Shown here piece by piece: positions 12,280 to 24,798 of a stretch of 64,000 nucleotides of DNA. Source of the DNA: Halocafeteria seosinensis (lineage: Eukaryota); assembly GCA_001687465.1 (NCBI GenBank), contig LVLI01000517.1:1-64000 (forward strand), read 5' to 3'. Below the pieces are notes generated by a model. That model did not search any database. It was not told the origin of the DNA and saw nothing but the letters and a program-made list of their open reading frames with translations. Position 1 is the stretch's first letter. Each line of letters opens with the position of its first letter. A program made the position numbers and the translations under genes.

Positions 12280-15200
12280 CTAACTGAGTGAGGGCAGAAT
12301 CGGCCCAAACTCCTTCTTCAAAACCGCCGTGCGAGCATGTTGTTCACGCTTCGCTCTCGCTTCACTAAGGAGAGCATCACGATTACGACGCCTGTTCCTC
12401 TTAGCGAATTCTAGTTGAGCTGTCCTATCCCTTGGCTTCTGCATGTCAAACTTGCTCTCTGTTTCGCGTTCGTTATCCACTTCAGCTGAACTTTTCGATG
12501 TCGATGTATCGACCTCGACCTCCACCAACGGAGGCGGCTCCGCCAATAACTTGGCCTTCCACTGTCGTAACTTCAGTTTGGTCCGATCGAAGCGACTCAT
12601 GTCGTCAGTGTTTACACTCGATGCTAGAGCTACATGAATTACCGCATTCCCACTTGCAGATCCTTTCCTCTCTCCAGTATCCAATTTCGGAGAAGATACG
12701 GAAACCACTCGGATTTTCTCGAAATGAGATTCACGGTCGGAACCGACATCTAGGAGCAATACCTGTGGTCGAGATGCTGAGGGCATTTCATATGCCGACT
12801 GGAGTGCACCAGTAAACGTCGAAGACTCCATCCCAGCGCCAACATGAGATGTTGATGACACTGGAGAAGTACCTATTTGTCGTTGCACAGCTTGGCGTCG
12901 GTCGAGCGAGAATGTCTCGGAGGTATGCTCTCGACTGCCTGAAGGAGTAACCTGAGTCGCAGTATTGGAGGCAGAATTAGAGGCCAGCGGATTGATATGT
13001 GCCAGTTCACATTCTCTGGATGCAACTTTGGAATATACCTTAGAGCGGGCAACGTCAGTCGCAACGCTTACTTCAGCACCTCTTAGTTCATGGTCCCCAA
13101 CGGTCACATATGAAGGGCGGAATTGCATTCCTGTAGCCCCGCAGGACATCATTTGAAAATTCCCGATGGGTATGCCTAGTTGACTGGCATACATTGACTT
13201 GGGATCGTCATGCTTCGTGGCCAAGTGCGAATTTCGTCGTCGTCGATACACGATAAAAATCAAACATATTACTCCTATCCCTATGAGGAAGGCACTCAGA
13301 AGCATAAGCGTGACTAGAGGCATTGAGCTCGCCTTGGAGTCGGGACCCAACAACCCACCGCGCTCCTGCGGTGCGGTACTACTGGTGATCATCTCGGCAA
13401 CTGCGGTTATGTTGGTCGAAGAAGTCTGAGTTGCCAAGATGGACAAGGAAGCACTTGGAGTGGGCTCCAACACCATGGAGTTCGTAGCACTCATGGATGG
13501 AAATGCCGACTGCTTCACCATTGATTCTGAGGGAGACAAACTTGTCATGCTAACTGAGGTGCTCGATGTTGCCGTCCATCCTCCCACACTGATAGATACT
13601 GACGGAGTTTTCGTGGTCTCTTGAGTCCTAGTCGAGGCTGTGCTGCTTCTCGTCGGTTCCAGCGTAGCCACATTCGACTGCTTGACAGTCCGCGAGATTG
13701 AGGGACTTTGCGAGGCAGTAACAGTCCATGAAACTGAAGCAAAAGCCGTCAATGACGCTGTGCGGGAGGATGAAGTTGAGCTAGTAGATGACGATGTCTG
13801 AGTTGGACCAGACGAACTCGTTGTGGAGGTGGAAGCACTGGAGGTGGGTGTCATTGTGGCAGAGACTGTAACTGTTGCCGTTTGCGTGCTAGCCGATGAT
13901 GCGGTTGCCGAAGGAGTCATCGACCCTGACGAAGTAGTAGTATCGCTGACGGAAGACGTACTTGTTGCAGTGACCGACGAGGAACAAGAGGGACTGGACG
14001 ACCTCGTGCTTGTACTCGACCGCGAGCTGGAGCTGCTCATGGTAGACGCAGGCGATGCTGTCAAAGTTGAAGAGCGAGAGACAGAGGAACTTGGGCTTCC
14101 TGTTGTCGATGCGGAAGGTGAAGGCGTCGATGTCCCACTTCTTGAAGCTGATGCAGTCACCGTCGGTGAAGCGGAAGGTGCAGGAAGCTCAAACCGCAAT
14201 CTTGGGAGACTATACCCCCTTTGAATGGTTCCATCTACAGTCCACACTTTATTCGACCATCTTTCTATTCCGTTGAACGAGTATACGGTGCCATCTATAT
14301 CGGACAAGTTTCCCGAATTCCCTACAACAGCGACCTTATCGCTCAGATCATGTCCTATCAAGGACCCGCCGCTGCTGCCATCAAAGACCGAATAGCTCAC
14401 GCGAATAACACCAGTGGCATCTTGAGATATCGTTCCAATTAACCTACCAGCACTTGATGCTATACTACCGGACGCGTATGTATTGTTGATGTACACATCC
14501 CCTGTGGCTGATCCTGTATTAGATCCTGTAATACCCCCTGCGTAAGCACCAATGTCTCCCCATGAATAACAATCTACGATGAGTACTACACCGCCACCAT
14601 TTGCTGCTCCCTCTCCGGCTATCCCTCCGCTAGATTCTGCAGCAATTTGTCCGGTGCTAAAGCATTCCTTGACTAGCACAAAGCCATTCGAGGACCCTGC
14701 TCCATGACCCACGATGCCACCGCTCCCTATTCGAGAGCTGAGTAGATCCCCAGAGGAATATGATTGGGAGATGTAGACATGACCATGCGAATGCCCAGCA
14801 AGACCTCCACAAATACCACCTGCATAGTCTTCTTCAATATGCCCAGTGGAATAGCAGTCCGTGATATTGACAATCCCATGATTGTATCCTACACTGTTTC
14901 CTGCAATACCACCTGCATATTGACCCAGTATCGTCCCTGTCGAATACGAATTCGATACCTTGATTTGGCCATAGTCAAAGCCGCACTTCGCGCCACATAT
15001 CCCTCCACTTTTACCGGAGATGTGCGGCATCATGTGCCCTGATGTACTGCAAGAATCAACCGTGAAAAACTTTTGGCTCGTTTGGACAATGAACCCTCCT
15101 CCCCAGGCAATGGATCCACTCTTGACATCGACGTTTTGGATCAACGGAGCTTGATCAAAGGAAACAACGTTGTCTAGTATCCTAAACAATCCCTCAAACT

Positions 15201-15729
15201 GTGTAATACTACTCAGGTCAACGATGTTGCCGTCTCGTCGACCACCGTCAAACGTCTCATTCGCATCCAAGGAGATATAATCTTGCTTGGTATATCCCTG
15301 ATGCTTCCACGCCAACACACTACAATTCATTTCAAAGAGTTTCCATTCCGCGGTATAGCGAAAGCACGGTTCAGTTCCATTCAGAATTCCAGACCGCAGA
15401 TCCTTCGCTTCACTGAATACCAAATGAAACGACCAGCAAAGTGCCAGCACGTTCCATAGAGCCCAACATCTATTAAAGTACAACGTGCATGTCCATGAAC
15501 CAATACCCGCGTTTCTTTCACTTCCACGAGGGGGTCGGGCCCTGTCCCAGTTCCACAGATCCATAAAGTGCAGCAACGGGACACTCCCCCTCCTTATCGT
15601 CCCCAAGATGCTGTTAAAAATGCAGGGGCGATGTATCGTATTTGCCAGGGCCTGTCTTGAGTGTGGTAATGTTTCTGGGCTCTCGGCCGGGAAACTACTG
15701 TATTGATTTCGTTTCCACTGCGCTACCAT
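12280..15729 (-). CDS. Surface-receptor family copy B: GLUG-like beta-helix, Ser/Thr stalk, TM, conserved cytoplasmic tail (intact)
   Basis: 1149-aa ORF; hydrophobic WALWNVLALCWSFHLVFSEA before DLR; CYSTG.I..AGGI.G repeats; TM LVTLMLLSAFLIGIGVICLIFIV-YRRRR; tail ends KKEFGPILPS. Start codon uncertain. Confidence 0.85.
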   Translation of the reverse strand: MVAQWKRNQYSSFPAESPETLPHSRQALANTIHRPCIFNSILGTIRRGSVPLLHFMDLWNWDRARPPRGSERNAGIGSWTCTLYFNRCWALWNVLALCWSFHLVFSEAKDLRSGILNGTEPCFRYTAEWKLFEMNCSVLAWKHQGYTKQDYISLDANETFDGGRRDGNIVDLSSITQFEGLFRILDNVVSFDQAPLIQNVDVKSGSIAWGGGFIVQTSQKFFTVDSCSTSGHMMPHISGKSGGICGAKCGFDYGQIKVSNSYSTGTILGQYAGGIAGNSVGYNHGIVNITDCYSTGHIEEDYAGGICGGLAGHSHGHVYISQSYSSGDLLSSRIGSGGIVGHGAGSSNGFVLVKECFSTGQIAAESSGGIAGEGAANGGGVVLIVDCYSWGDIGAYAGGITGSNTGSATGDVYINNTYASGSIASSAGRLIGTISQDATGVIRVSYSVFDGSSGGSLIGHDLSDKVAVVGNSGNLSDIDGTVYSFNGIERWSNKVWTVDGTIQRGYSLPRLRFELPAPSASPTVTASASRSGTSTPSPSASTTGSPSSSVSRSSTLTASPASTMSSSSSRSSTSTRSSSPSCSSSVTATSTSSVSDTTTSSGSMTPSATASSASTQTATVTVSATMTPTSSASTSTTSSSGPTQTSSSTSSTSSSRTASLTAFASVSWTVTASQSPSISRTVKQSNVATLEPTRSSTASTRTQETTKTPSVSISVGGWTATSSTSVSMTSLSPSESMVKQSAFPSMSATNSMVLEPTPSASLSILATQTSSTNITAVAEMITSSTAPQERGGLLGPDSKASSMPLVTLMLLSAFLIGIGVICLIFIVYRRRRNSHLATKHDDPKSMYASQLGIPIGNFQMMSCGATGMQFRPSYVTVGDHELRGAEVSVATDVARSKVYSKVASRECELAHINPLASNSASNTATQVTPSGSREHTSETFSLDRRQAVQRQIGTSPVSSTSHVGAGMESSTFTGALQSAYEMPSASRPQVLLLDVGSDRESHFEKIRVVSVSSPKLDTGERKGSASGNAVIHVALASSVNTDDMSRFDRTKLKLRQWKAKLLAEPPPLVEVEVDTSTSKSSAEVDNERETESKFDMQKPRDRTAQLEFAKRNRRRNRDALLSEARAKREQHARTAVLKKEFGPILPSLS

Positions 15730-16091
15730 TCAGTATTTTGCACACCAGAGAGGAGCTCTATACACCCGTATGTCTGTCTATGAGAGTGATATACGGCTAT
15801 CTATATATACCCCAAGAAAAGGCGCCGTAAACGAAGATGGCTTCAGGAGGGAAAAAAAAAGGGGCTCCTAGTGCACATGGGGTGCATATACACATAACCA
15901 GACGCCTGCTAAATCACTTGTCTGTGGCATTTATCACTGACGGACAAACATTCATGTATACCAAAGAGTGGCAGTACTGTCTTCTTCTGAGATGGGGTGC
16001 TCACGATTCCCGCGCCTGCGACCTGCGATATCGCCGCTGCCGCAACCGCACCACAAAGTTGTCCGTCGATACATGTATGTTGATGAAAGTT

Positions 16092-19000
16092 TTATTGATA
16101 TTGCGATGGCAAGATGGGGCCGAATTCTTTCTTCGAAGCAGCTGTAAGAGCATGTTGTGCACGCTTTGCTTTCACTTCGCGAACCAGAGATTCGCGGTGA
16201 CGACGCTGGTTCCTCTTGGCAAATTCCAGTTGAGCTGCACGACGACTGAGTGCATGATCCTTAGGTTTGTCTGTGCGAGTGCTTTCGCGTTTACTTTCTG
16301 TTTCAAACTCAGAAGCAGCTTCAGTAGAAATGTCAGAGTCGAACTCAATTTCGACCAAGGGCGGTGGTTCCGCAAGTAACTTCGCCTTCCACTGACGTAA
16401 CTTCAGTTTGGTCCGATTGAGACGACTTATATCCTCGGTGTTTACACTTGACGCTAGAGCTACTCTTACTACAGCATTTCCTCGCAGCGACTTCCTTCTT
16501 TCCCCCTTGCCCGGCTGAGGAGCCGACACTGACACTACTCGGATCTTCCCGGACTGGTTTTTAGGTACGTCACCGAAGTCAACGAGCATTACTTGAGGTG
16601 GCAATGCCGATACGTCAGGGGAGTCAAATCCAACGCTAGCATGTTGTGTACTTTCGCCATCTCCATTCGACGTAGCTATAACAGGACGGGGGCCCATGCG
16701 TATGTGCACAGCTCTGTTTTGCTGGAGTGAGAATGCCTCTGTCTATCTCCTGAGGCAGCAATGCAAGTTGCACTGTTTGAAGTTCCTTTAGAGCCAAGTG
16801 GGTTTATATGAGCTAGTTCATTGTTTCCCGATGCATCTTGCAAATATACAGAAGATGCATCCGGAGTATGGGTCTCTCAAACTTCGAAAGGAGCTCCATC
16901 CAATCTCTGGGTAGCAACTTTTATCCCTTGGTACTGGAATAATATACCTCCATTGTTGTTGTTCGCTCCTGACACTATCCGAAAACTGGTGATGGGTATG
17001 CCTAGTTGAGTAGCATACACTGAGTTCGGATCATCAAACATCGTGTTGAGCCGAGCATTTCGTCGTCGTCTATATACAATGAAGACAATACAAATTGTCC
17101 CCAGACCAATCAGGACAACACCACCTACCAGTGGAATTGAGCTACCTTTCGACTTAATTGTATCCAAGCCTTGGTTTCTGTTTGGTTCAGCGCTGCTTGT
17201 AGCCTGTCATCACTGATGAAGAGGTCGATTCTGCTGAGTTAGTCCCCTGAGGTATGCTGGTTATTGATACCACAAATCCTGATTCCGGGCTTTGAGTCCA
17301 AAGAGAGGAAGCAGCGTCTTTTGTAGGTGTGGTCGAAGCTCCACTTGATTTTGTTTCAGCTAGAGCCGTGCGCGTAGCAGGCGAGCTACTTAGTGAGCTT
17401 GTACTAGTTCTCGTAGGTGCGGCAGGGTCCGCACTGGAATTAAGCCTAGTCGGAGACATCGAACAAGTGGCAGTCGGTGTTTTTGAACCAGTATCGGGGG
17501 ATGCACGGGTCGATGTGGGTATGGAAATTGGAGTCAAAGAAGCCATACTGGAATGGGATGCGGTCCCCGTAGTAGTGGCTGCAGATGAAGCAGCGGGAGT
17601 CGCGCCGGGAGTAAACGAGACGGCCCTTCGCGACGTTCCTGGGGATTCCACCGTGGTGAAAGAACAGGTGCTTGTTGTCGTCCGCGACAAGGACGGAGGA
17701 AGGAGGGTTGTGCTTGGATTTTCAGTTCCACTTCGAGCAGGAGAAAGGGACAAAATACAGGAAGCACTTGCGCTGGCCAAAACCGACCGTGAAGGCCAAA
17801 CCAAGCTCGTACGTGTGATTGAACGAATTGGCGTGTCCGTACTTGTTACCGCAGGGCTTGCGGTTGCGGACACGCTGGGTGTGTTGGTCAGTATCGGTGT
17901 TACTGTAGGACTAACAGTCGCGCTTAACTGGAACCGCAAGATAGGTAATTGCTCGCTTCCTTTATCCTCAGTGCTGCTTAAACCTTGAACCCATACGGCA
18001 TCGGACCATTGCTGTATTCCCTCCTGATGATACAGAGTTCCATGAATGTCTCCCAAATCAGCTGAATTTCCTGTTTGCTGCAGCTTGCTGTCCTCGTCCA
18101 ATCCTACTAGCCTCCCCGATGCTTCTGGATTGCCATTGTATACCGAGTACTGCACTCGAATAGTCCCACTCGCTTCAATTGAAATAGCTCCTATAATGCC
18201 ACCAGCATGTACTCCAGTGACTGAACCTGATGCATACGTATTTGTGATGTATACATCACCTGTAGCCAAGGAGGGTCTGCCTCCTGTGCTCCTTCCTGTA
18301 ATACCTCCAGCAACTTCGCCACTGATCCCTCCTCGTGTATAGCAATCGGTGATATGGAGTTCACCGTCGCTCTCTGCTGCCTGGTCTCCACTTATACCTC
18401 CACTACCCAGGGCAGATATCTGTCCTATACTATAACATTCCTTAATATATACGAATCCGTTACCACGACCAGCACTGGAACCTACGATACCCCCATTCGA
18501 TGCACCCTGGAGCAGATCTCCTGTGGAACAGGAACGAGTAATATACACTTCACCGTCAGATTCACCAGTATTAGCTCCACAAATACCACCTGCACCATCT
18601 GCTTCAATATTCCCCGTGGAATAGCAACCCGTGATATTGACGATTCCGTGATTGTATCCTACCTGGCGTGCTGCAATACCACCCGCCCATGGACCCAGTA
18701 TCCTTCCTGCTGAGTACGAATCCGTTATCATGATCTGACCATGATCATGACCACTTCGATAACCACATATTCCGCCACCCCCAGTATCAATATCTCCGGA
18801 TGAGCTACATGAATGGACCTCAAAGAATTTTTGCTCTTTTTGGACAATAAACCCACCCGAAATTGTAGTAGATCCATTCCTAACATCAAGGTTTTGAATT
18901 AGTGGAGCTTCTTCAAACGACGTCACACCGGCTGCTATTCTGAAGAGTCCTGCGAAATTCGAGATACCAATCAAATCAATAACGTTCCCCTCTCTACGAC

Positions 19001-20802
19001 CACCGTCAAACACTTCATGCTTATCCAAGGAGATGTAGTCGTCGTTCGTGTAACCATAATCAGTCCACACTAGCACAGCGCAGTTCAACTGAAAAAGCTT
19101 TGTTGCGGATGCATAGCTAAAACATTGCTCGGAGCCACTCAGAATAGCGGCTCGCAAATCTCTGGGTGGTGAGCTAGGGGTAGGGGTTGTTGTAGCAGTG
19201 ATTGTTAGACTTGGAGTTGGCGACGAGCTGGTAGAGGTGCTAGCGGTGCATGAATTCGTAGCTGTACTAGAGCTATTCGGTGTTCTGGTTGCTGTTGGTG
19301 TTGGGGAAGGGCTAATCAACTGAAAGCGCAAGATCGGCAAGTTTTCATCGCCTACATTTGGGACCCAAATGTTGCCAGGCCATTTTTGCACACCTCCCTG
19401 GTGATATAGCACTCCACGTATGCTGTCCAAGTCATCTGAGTTTTCTGTCTCTGAGAGCTTGTTGCCGGAGTCGGATCCTACGATCGGCCCGGTTCCTCCA
19501 TTGCCATGGTATACCGAGTATTTCACTCGAATAGTACCACTTGCATCATTATCTATCTCTCCTATGATACCACCAGCGCTCGCGCCACTGACAAAACCAG
19601 AGGCATATGTGTTTCGGATGTATACGTCACCCGTGGCATCTGAATCCCGTCCTCCTGTATGATAGCCCGTGATTCCTCCTGCTTGTTGGCCACTAATAAT
19701 TCCTCGTGCATAACAATTTGTAATACGTACTTTTCCTCCTTTGAATGCTGTATTAGCTCCGCAAATCCCTCCACTATCCTCGGCAGATATATTTCCGGTA
19801 CTAAAGCATTCCGTGATAGACACAAAGCCACTCTCCTTGCCAACATCGCGGCCAACAATGCCACCACTGTCTTGGCCAAGAATACCCCCAGAGGAATAGG
19901 ACCGAGTAATATACACTTGACCATTCTTATAACCAGCAGCCTCTCCACAAATGCCACCTGCTTGTCCTCCTTCAATATTTCCCGTGGAATAACAATCCGT
20001 GATATTGACAATCCCATAATTGGTTCCTACTTGAAGTCCTGCAATACCACCTGAAAATTGACCCAGTATCCTCCCTGTCGAATACGAATTCGATATCTTG
20101 ATTTGACCATGATTATAACCACTTTGATAGCCACAGATACCACCACCAGCATTGCCAGTTATATCTCCTGATGAACTACATGAATCTATGGCAAAGAATT
20201 TGTGGTCTCGTTGGACAATATGTAATTCCTGAATATGCGGCTGTTTTTCCATTTTTCACATTAAAGTTTCGTATCAATGGAGCTTGGCCAAAAGAAGCAA
20301 CATTACTCATTATCTTAAACAATCCCTTAAAATCTGTCATTCCATTCAAGTCGACTACGTTGCCACTTTGCCGACCACCATCGAATGTCTCTGACGCATC
20401 CAGCGAGATGTAGTCTTCAGGTCCATATCCATGTTCACTCCACATCAATATACTGCAGTTCATTTCTAACAGCTTCAAATGCTGAGCATAATGAAAGCAC
20501 GGTTCAACTCCATTTAGTATTATAGATCGTAAGTCCGTTGCTTCATCTATAGGCGAGACGAAGCAAACGACGGATAACCTTAACAGCAGTGGTGTATCGC
20601 AGAAGAACAAGGCCCGGTGGCGAAAAGCGAGCCCACCGAGCCCTCTCCCGAAGAGCGAGGCCCAAGACGCTTTGAAAGGATGGTAAGTATGAAGAACCTC
20701 ATACTCACAAAGAGTCCGAGTGTTGGTGAACGCAGGGGTAGGCAATGCAGGAGGGCCCTTGGGAGGTCTTCGACGGCGTGAACTTTGCCGGTGGTAGGCC
20801 AT
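16092..20802 (-). pseudogene. Surface-receptor family copy C (two ectodomain modules), disrupted
   Basis: Full architecture recoverable only across frameshifts near 20220, 17200 and 16740 plus an in-frame TGA at 16877-16879. Start ATG lies ~110 bp from the transposon end. Confidence 0.8.
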
Positions 20803-20910
20803 AAATAATTCACACTGCTACTACTGCTTCCTGGTGTGGTGTTGTTGCTTCTGCTCTGCTCCTAAAGACCTGCATGTGCTTCTCGAATCCTACAACCCCA
20901 AAGTCGAGCC

Positions 20911-20992
20911 TAGAGCGGGACACGTTTCCAAATTGTATTTGTGAATTATTTCCAAATAACCTAGTTCAACTTCAACATGTAGATGGTACTTC
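20911..20992 (+). repeat. Left TIR of MULE
   Basis: TAGAGCGGGACACGTTTCC...GATGGTACTTC, reverse complement of 24717-24798. Confidence 0.95.
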
Positions 20993-21207
20993 AAACAATT
21001 TCAACACATTCATGGAATTATGGAATTGCGTTGTTGCAACCGTTGCTCACTTTAACCAAACAGGTGCGAAGCACTTCAATACAGCTTGCCTCGTTGAATA
21101 GCGCTATATCAGCCGATATATGGAAGCCATGAAGGCAGCAAAAGTAGGAATTTTTTGAATCGTTTGCAACCGTAACAACGGACACTGCTATCCTAAATCA
21201 GACACTA

Positions 21208-24111
21208 ATGCAGGAAGGGGAATTCACCCCTGATGAGGCTCTAAGGATGCCTAGGAGCCTACTGGGAAAACTAAAGCGAGCGGTGAAACGTGATGATGAC
21301 AGCCAGCGCGATGATGAAGTAGGGGCATTGAAAGCTGCCTGCGAAAGCAAACCAGAAGCGCCCGATCTAGAAGCCTTAGAAGGGTTTGCTAGAAGAGTCT
21401 TAGGAAGGACTGATTCTGTTGACGACATAAGACGCAAGTCTGTTTTCCTGCAGCTTGCGCTACGGATGTATAAGCACCGGACCTATAGCCGTGGTGGTGT
21501 ACAACCGTACGGCAGAAAGCCAGGGTGTTACATTCTCCAATTGTATTGTACATGTAACACAAAGCCAAACAAGTGCAAAATCGAACAGCGTTTTGTACAG
21601 ACTTCGATACCTGATGAGCATGCCGCAGCATGCCCTCGAGAGGAGACCAAGGAGCGGACAATTGAACCGGACGAGCCTGAAAAACAAGATGTTAAAGGTG
21701 GTTCTTGTAAAGACTGCAAATTTCAAGTGACATTCATTTTCGAATTCGACAAGGTAAAGAATTGCTTTTCATGCAGAATCAACAGTAAGGCCACACATCT
21801 GCAGCACAAACATCAGTATGAGTGCTCGTGGAACTCCGACTTGGAGTACTTGCGCCGAAACATGAAGACCGAGCAAACGTACCTCCAGGCCTCCACATTT
21901 TCAACTGCCAAAGCACGGCAGTTTGCGAGCGAGATGGAATGTGGTCCAATGTCTGCGACGGTAAAGCGACAGATTCTCAGAGGTGTTTCGGGAAGTTTCT
22001 CCCAAGAGAACGAACATTCCACGATCGAGGAGTTTTTCCAGAAGAATGGATTCAAATACACAATTTAAGAAAGCTTCATAGCATGGTCCTCCCCCAAAAT
22101 GCAGTCTAACGTAGATCACTATTTGGACCCATTCCATTTTGATGGAACTCATTCGATACCTGTGCTTGGCCGCCGAAAAGGAGATGGGCTCCCAATGGGA
22201 AATCTGTATCAGTTTGTCTCCCCTAACCGCGAGGGGGGCATCTCTATTCTGGCACAAGCGTTAACCTTTGGTGAGTCTTCGACAGTTGCGTCTCCTATAC
22301 TGCAATTTGTGCTGGGCCTTTTCGAGGACAATGGCCCTCGTATAATCTTCACGGATGATGCGAAAGGCTTCCGGAAAGCCGTTCGAAGATCGTTACCTCG
22401 GACGCACCATAGAGGCTGCGGCTTCCACATCTTTCAGAAGTGGCGGGTTAGGCTCCGTCATTTCAAGGATAAGACGAAGATAGGGAGAGCCAAAACTCTG
22501 CTCTGGAAAGCAATAACCTGCATAGATCCCCAAGCTAATGACAAGCATTGGGAAGCACTCTATGCCCTCTGCAAAGAAAACTTGGCGGCGAAACATTGGT
22601 CATTTCTACATTACTACGGCAGAAATCGTCATTATTGGTCCTTCAAGGGGCTTCCCCGGCACGTCTTCGTGGGAAGCTCCTTTGCAAATAGTATAACTGA
22701 ATCAGCAAACAACATGGTCAAGCGCCAAGGAATTTGTAAGGCGCGATCGACTCTGAGAGTTATCTACATAGCCTCTGCAACGTTCGATAGCAGTGTCATC
22801 AACCCTGACGTGTTAAGTAATCCTCCCGTTATCACACCGCAGGTAACCGAATGCCCGAAACGTCGAGCAGAACTGTTCAGGAGCCTTTCCGATGTCTCGG
22901 ACTCCATCAAGTGGGTAGAGATTCCTGGACAATTAACAACGTTCTGTTTGAAGAGACTAATTACAGCGTTCAAACTAAGTTCGAGGTACTATGCCACACG
23001 TGGGAGAGAGGAACAATTCCTGGTTGGGCGACAAGGGAAGAAGGCTGAGCCTCTAGCAATTGTGACGAAAAGTGGGGATGGCAAGTTAACTTGTCAGAGT
23101 TGTTTCCATATAAACTTATTTGGGTGTCCTTGTCCGCACGTTATCGCAACAGCCAGGATCTTCAGTCCCTCAGAGGAGTCTCTTCCATTCCTGGAGCGAT
23201 GCTTCACAACCGCAGCGGGACCATTCACCACATTGTCAGCTTTGTTCCCCCAGGGCGCCTGCAGTAACCGTGTGAACACTTCGTTAGAAGATGACGTCAT
23301 AGGAATTGAAGAGATAATCCAAGAGTGTTCAAAAAGGGACATTGACGCAGTTGCAGAAGAGGACCCTGAGGAACTCCCTTCAGATGTATCTGAAGACGAC
23401 TGGGAGGTTGACGCTGATGGAATCATTGATCCGCGAGAAAGCACCATCACAATCAAAGAGCGAGAAGCAGGTCAGACAGGGAAGAAATCTCAGCAATCCA
23501 GAAAGTGGCTCCTGGATCATGTCTTGCTCCCCAGGCTGAAGGAGGCGGTGTATAACCGAGAGCAATATGCTCAGGTATATTTCACCGCTATGAAAGTCCT
23601 CGACGATTTTCAGAAGAATGCTCACAGGATGTTTCCTGTGAAACCGGCTTCGAAGGAGGCCTCAACAATTCGAACAATTGGGTATGCTGAAAACCTTAAG
23701 AGTTCGAATATGTTACACACCACAAGCACCTCATCCGACGCACCACAAGCATCGTCCGCCATACCGAAGGCATTGCAAGCATCGTCCAGAAAATCAAAGG
23801 CGTCACAATTGTCACGGAAGAGAAAGCTACCTGCAACAACGTGCGCGGGCATTCCCAAGAAGCCACGGCAAACGAAAAACCAGCAGGTGAAGGACAACGG
23901 TATGTGGATAGTAGAGAAATTTCGGAAGTTTGACTCTTCCTGCAACAAGGTCTGTGTCAAGTGGAGAGGGAACCACAAGGACACTTGGGAACCAGTAGTC
24001 AATCTAAGGGAAGATCTGGGGGCTTCTTTTCAGCAATTTTGGGATCCGTTAGAAGACACTCTGCCAATACCGGTTGCTTTGCAGGTCGATAAGCTGCTCG
24101 AGTCCTTGTAA
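21208..24111 (+). pseudogene. MULE transposase (FAR1/WRKY-like DNA-binding domain, DDE core, SWIM, C-terminal chromodomain) with one in-frame TAA
   Basis: ORFs 21208-22068 and 22099-24111 are same-frame, split by TAA 22066-22068. Motifs: C..C..HxH; FDGTH (22141); FTDD (22354); CGFH (22417); TESANN (22699); CQSC..CPCPH; WIVEKF..VCVKWRG...TWEPVVNL. Confidence 0.85.
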
Positions 24112-24716
24112 TCAGCTGAACTGTACTAGCGATCACCTTCATGAACTTGATAGCAGCTGCTTCAAAGCCACCCAGTTAGAGCAACGATGCTAAAGTTAGC
24201 TGCCGCTTGTCTCCTTACGTAGCGTTTCCCGGCAGTCTCTGCGACGGGTTCGCTGTTCCACACTGAGGACCGAGACCAAACAAAATGCGGGATTTCAAAG
24301 TTTGGCGTAAACCCATAGTTCATCAATGCTTTCCCTCTCTTGTACAAGTTGTACCTCTCGACGAGGACTCTTCTTGGCCCGAGGGAGGAGTGTGGAACGT
24401 AGACTGTGCTACTTGGATCGTTAGCTACAATGCTACAACCGGGTGGTTGAACATCTGCGCCGCACGTCTACAACCGAATACCTCTCCATAGACCTCTACC
24501 TCGTGCGCATGCAGTACTGTATGCTTCTCCACTTCCACTTCACCTCAGCAAAACTCTACGGACGATCTCCCAAAGACTTTGTCCCTTTCCTCCAGCTCCT
24601 GTAAGCAATTGCATAGAGATATATGGTAGCATTTTTGCCATAGTGGACAGAAGACCTAACAAAAACGTGTTAATACTAATTTTATACACAGCTGTAGTCG
24701 TTGAGAACTCGTTCTA

Positions 24717-24798
24717 GAAGTACCATCTACATGTTGAAGTTTAACTAGGTTATTTGGAAATAATTCACAAATACAATTTGGAAACGTGTCCCGCTCTA
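24717..24798 (-). repeat. Right TIR of MULE
   Basis: GAAGTACCATC...GTGTCCCGCTCTA followed by TSD AGTCGAGCC. Confidence 0.95.

Larger units (their letters stand above)
20911..24798 (+). mobile_element. Mutator-like (MULE) DNA transposon, 3,888 bp
   Basis: 82-bp TIRs 20911-20992 and 24717-24798 (one mismatch); 9-bp TSD AGTCGAGCC at 20902-20910 and 24799-24807; internal MULE transposase. Confidence 0.95.

Noticed and set aside
24112..24716. Possible second (mudrB-like) gene inside the MULE
   Set aside because: Only short ORFs without recognisable features.
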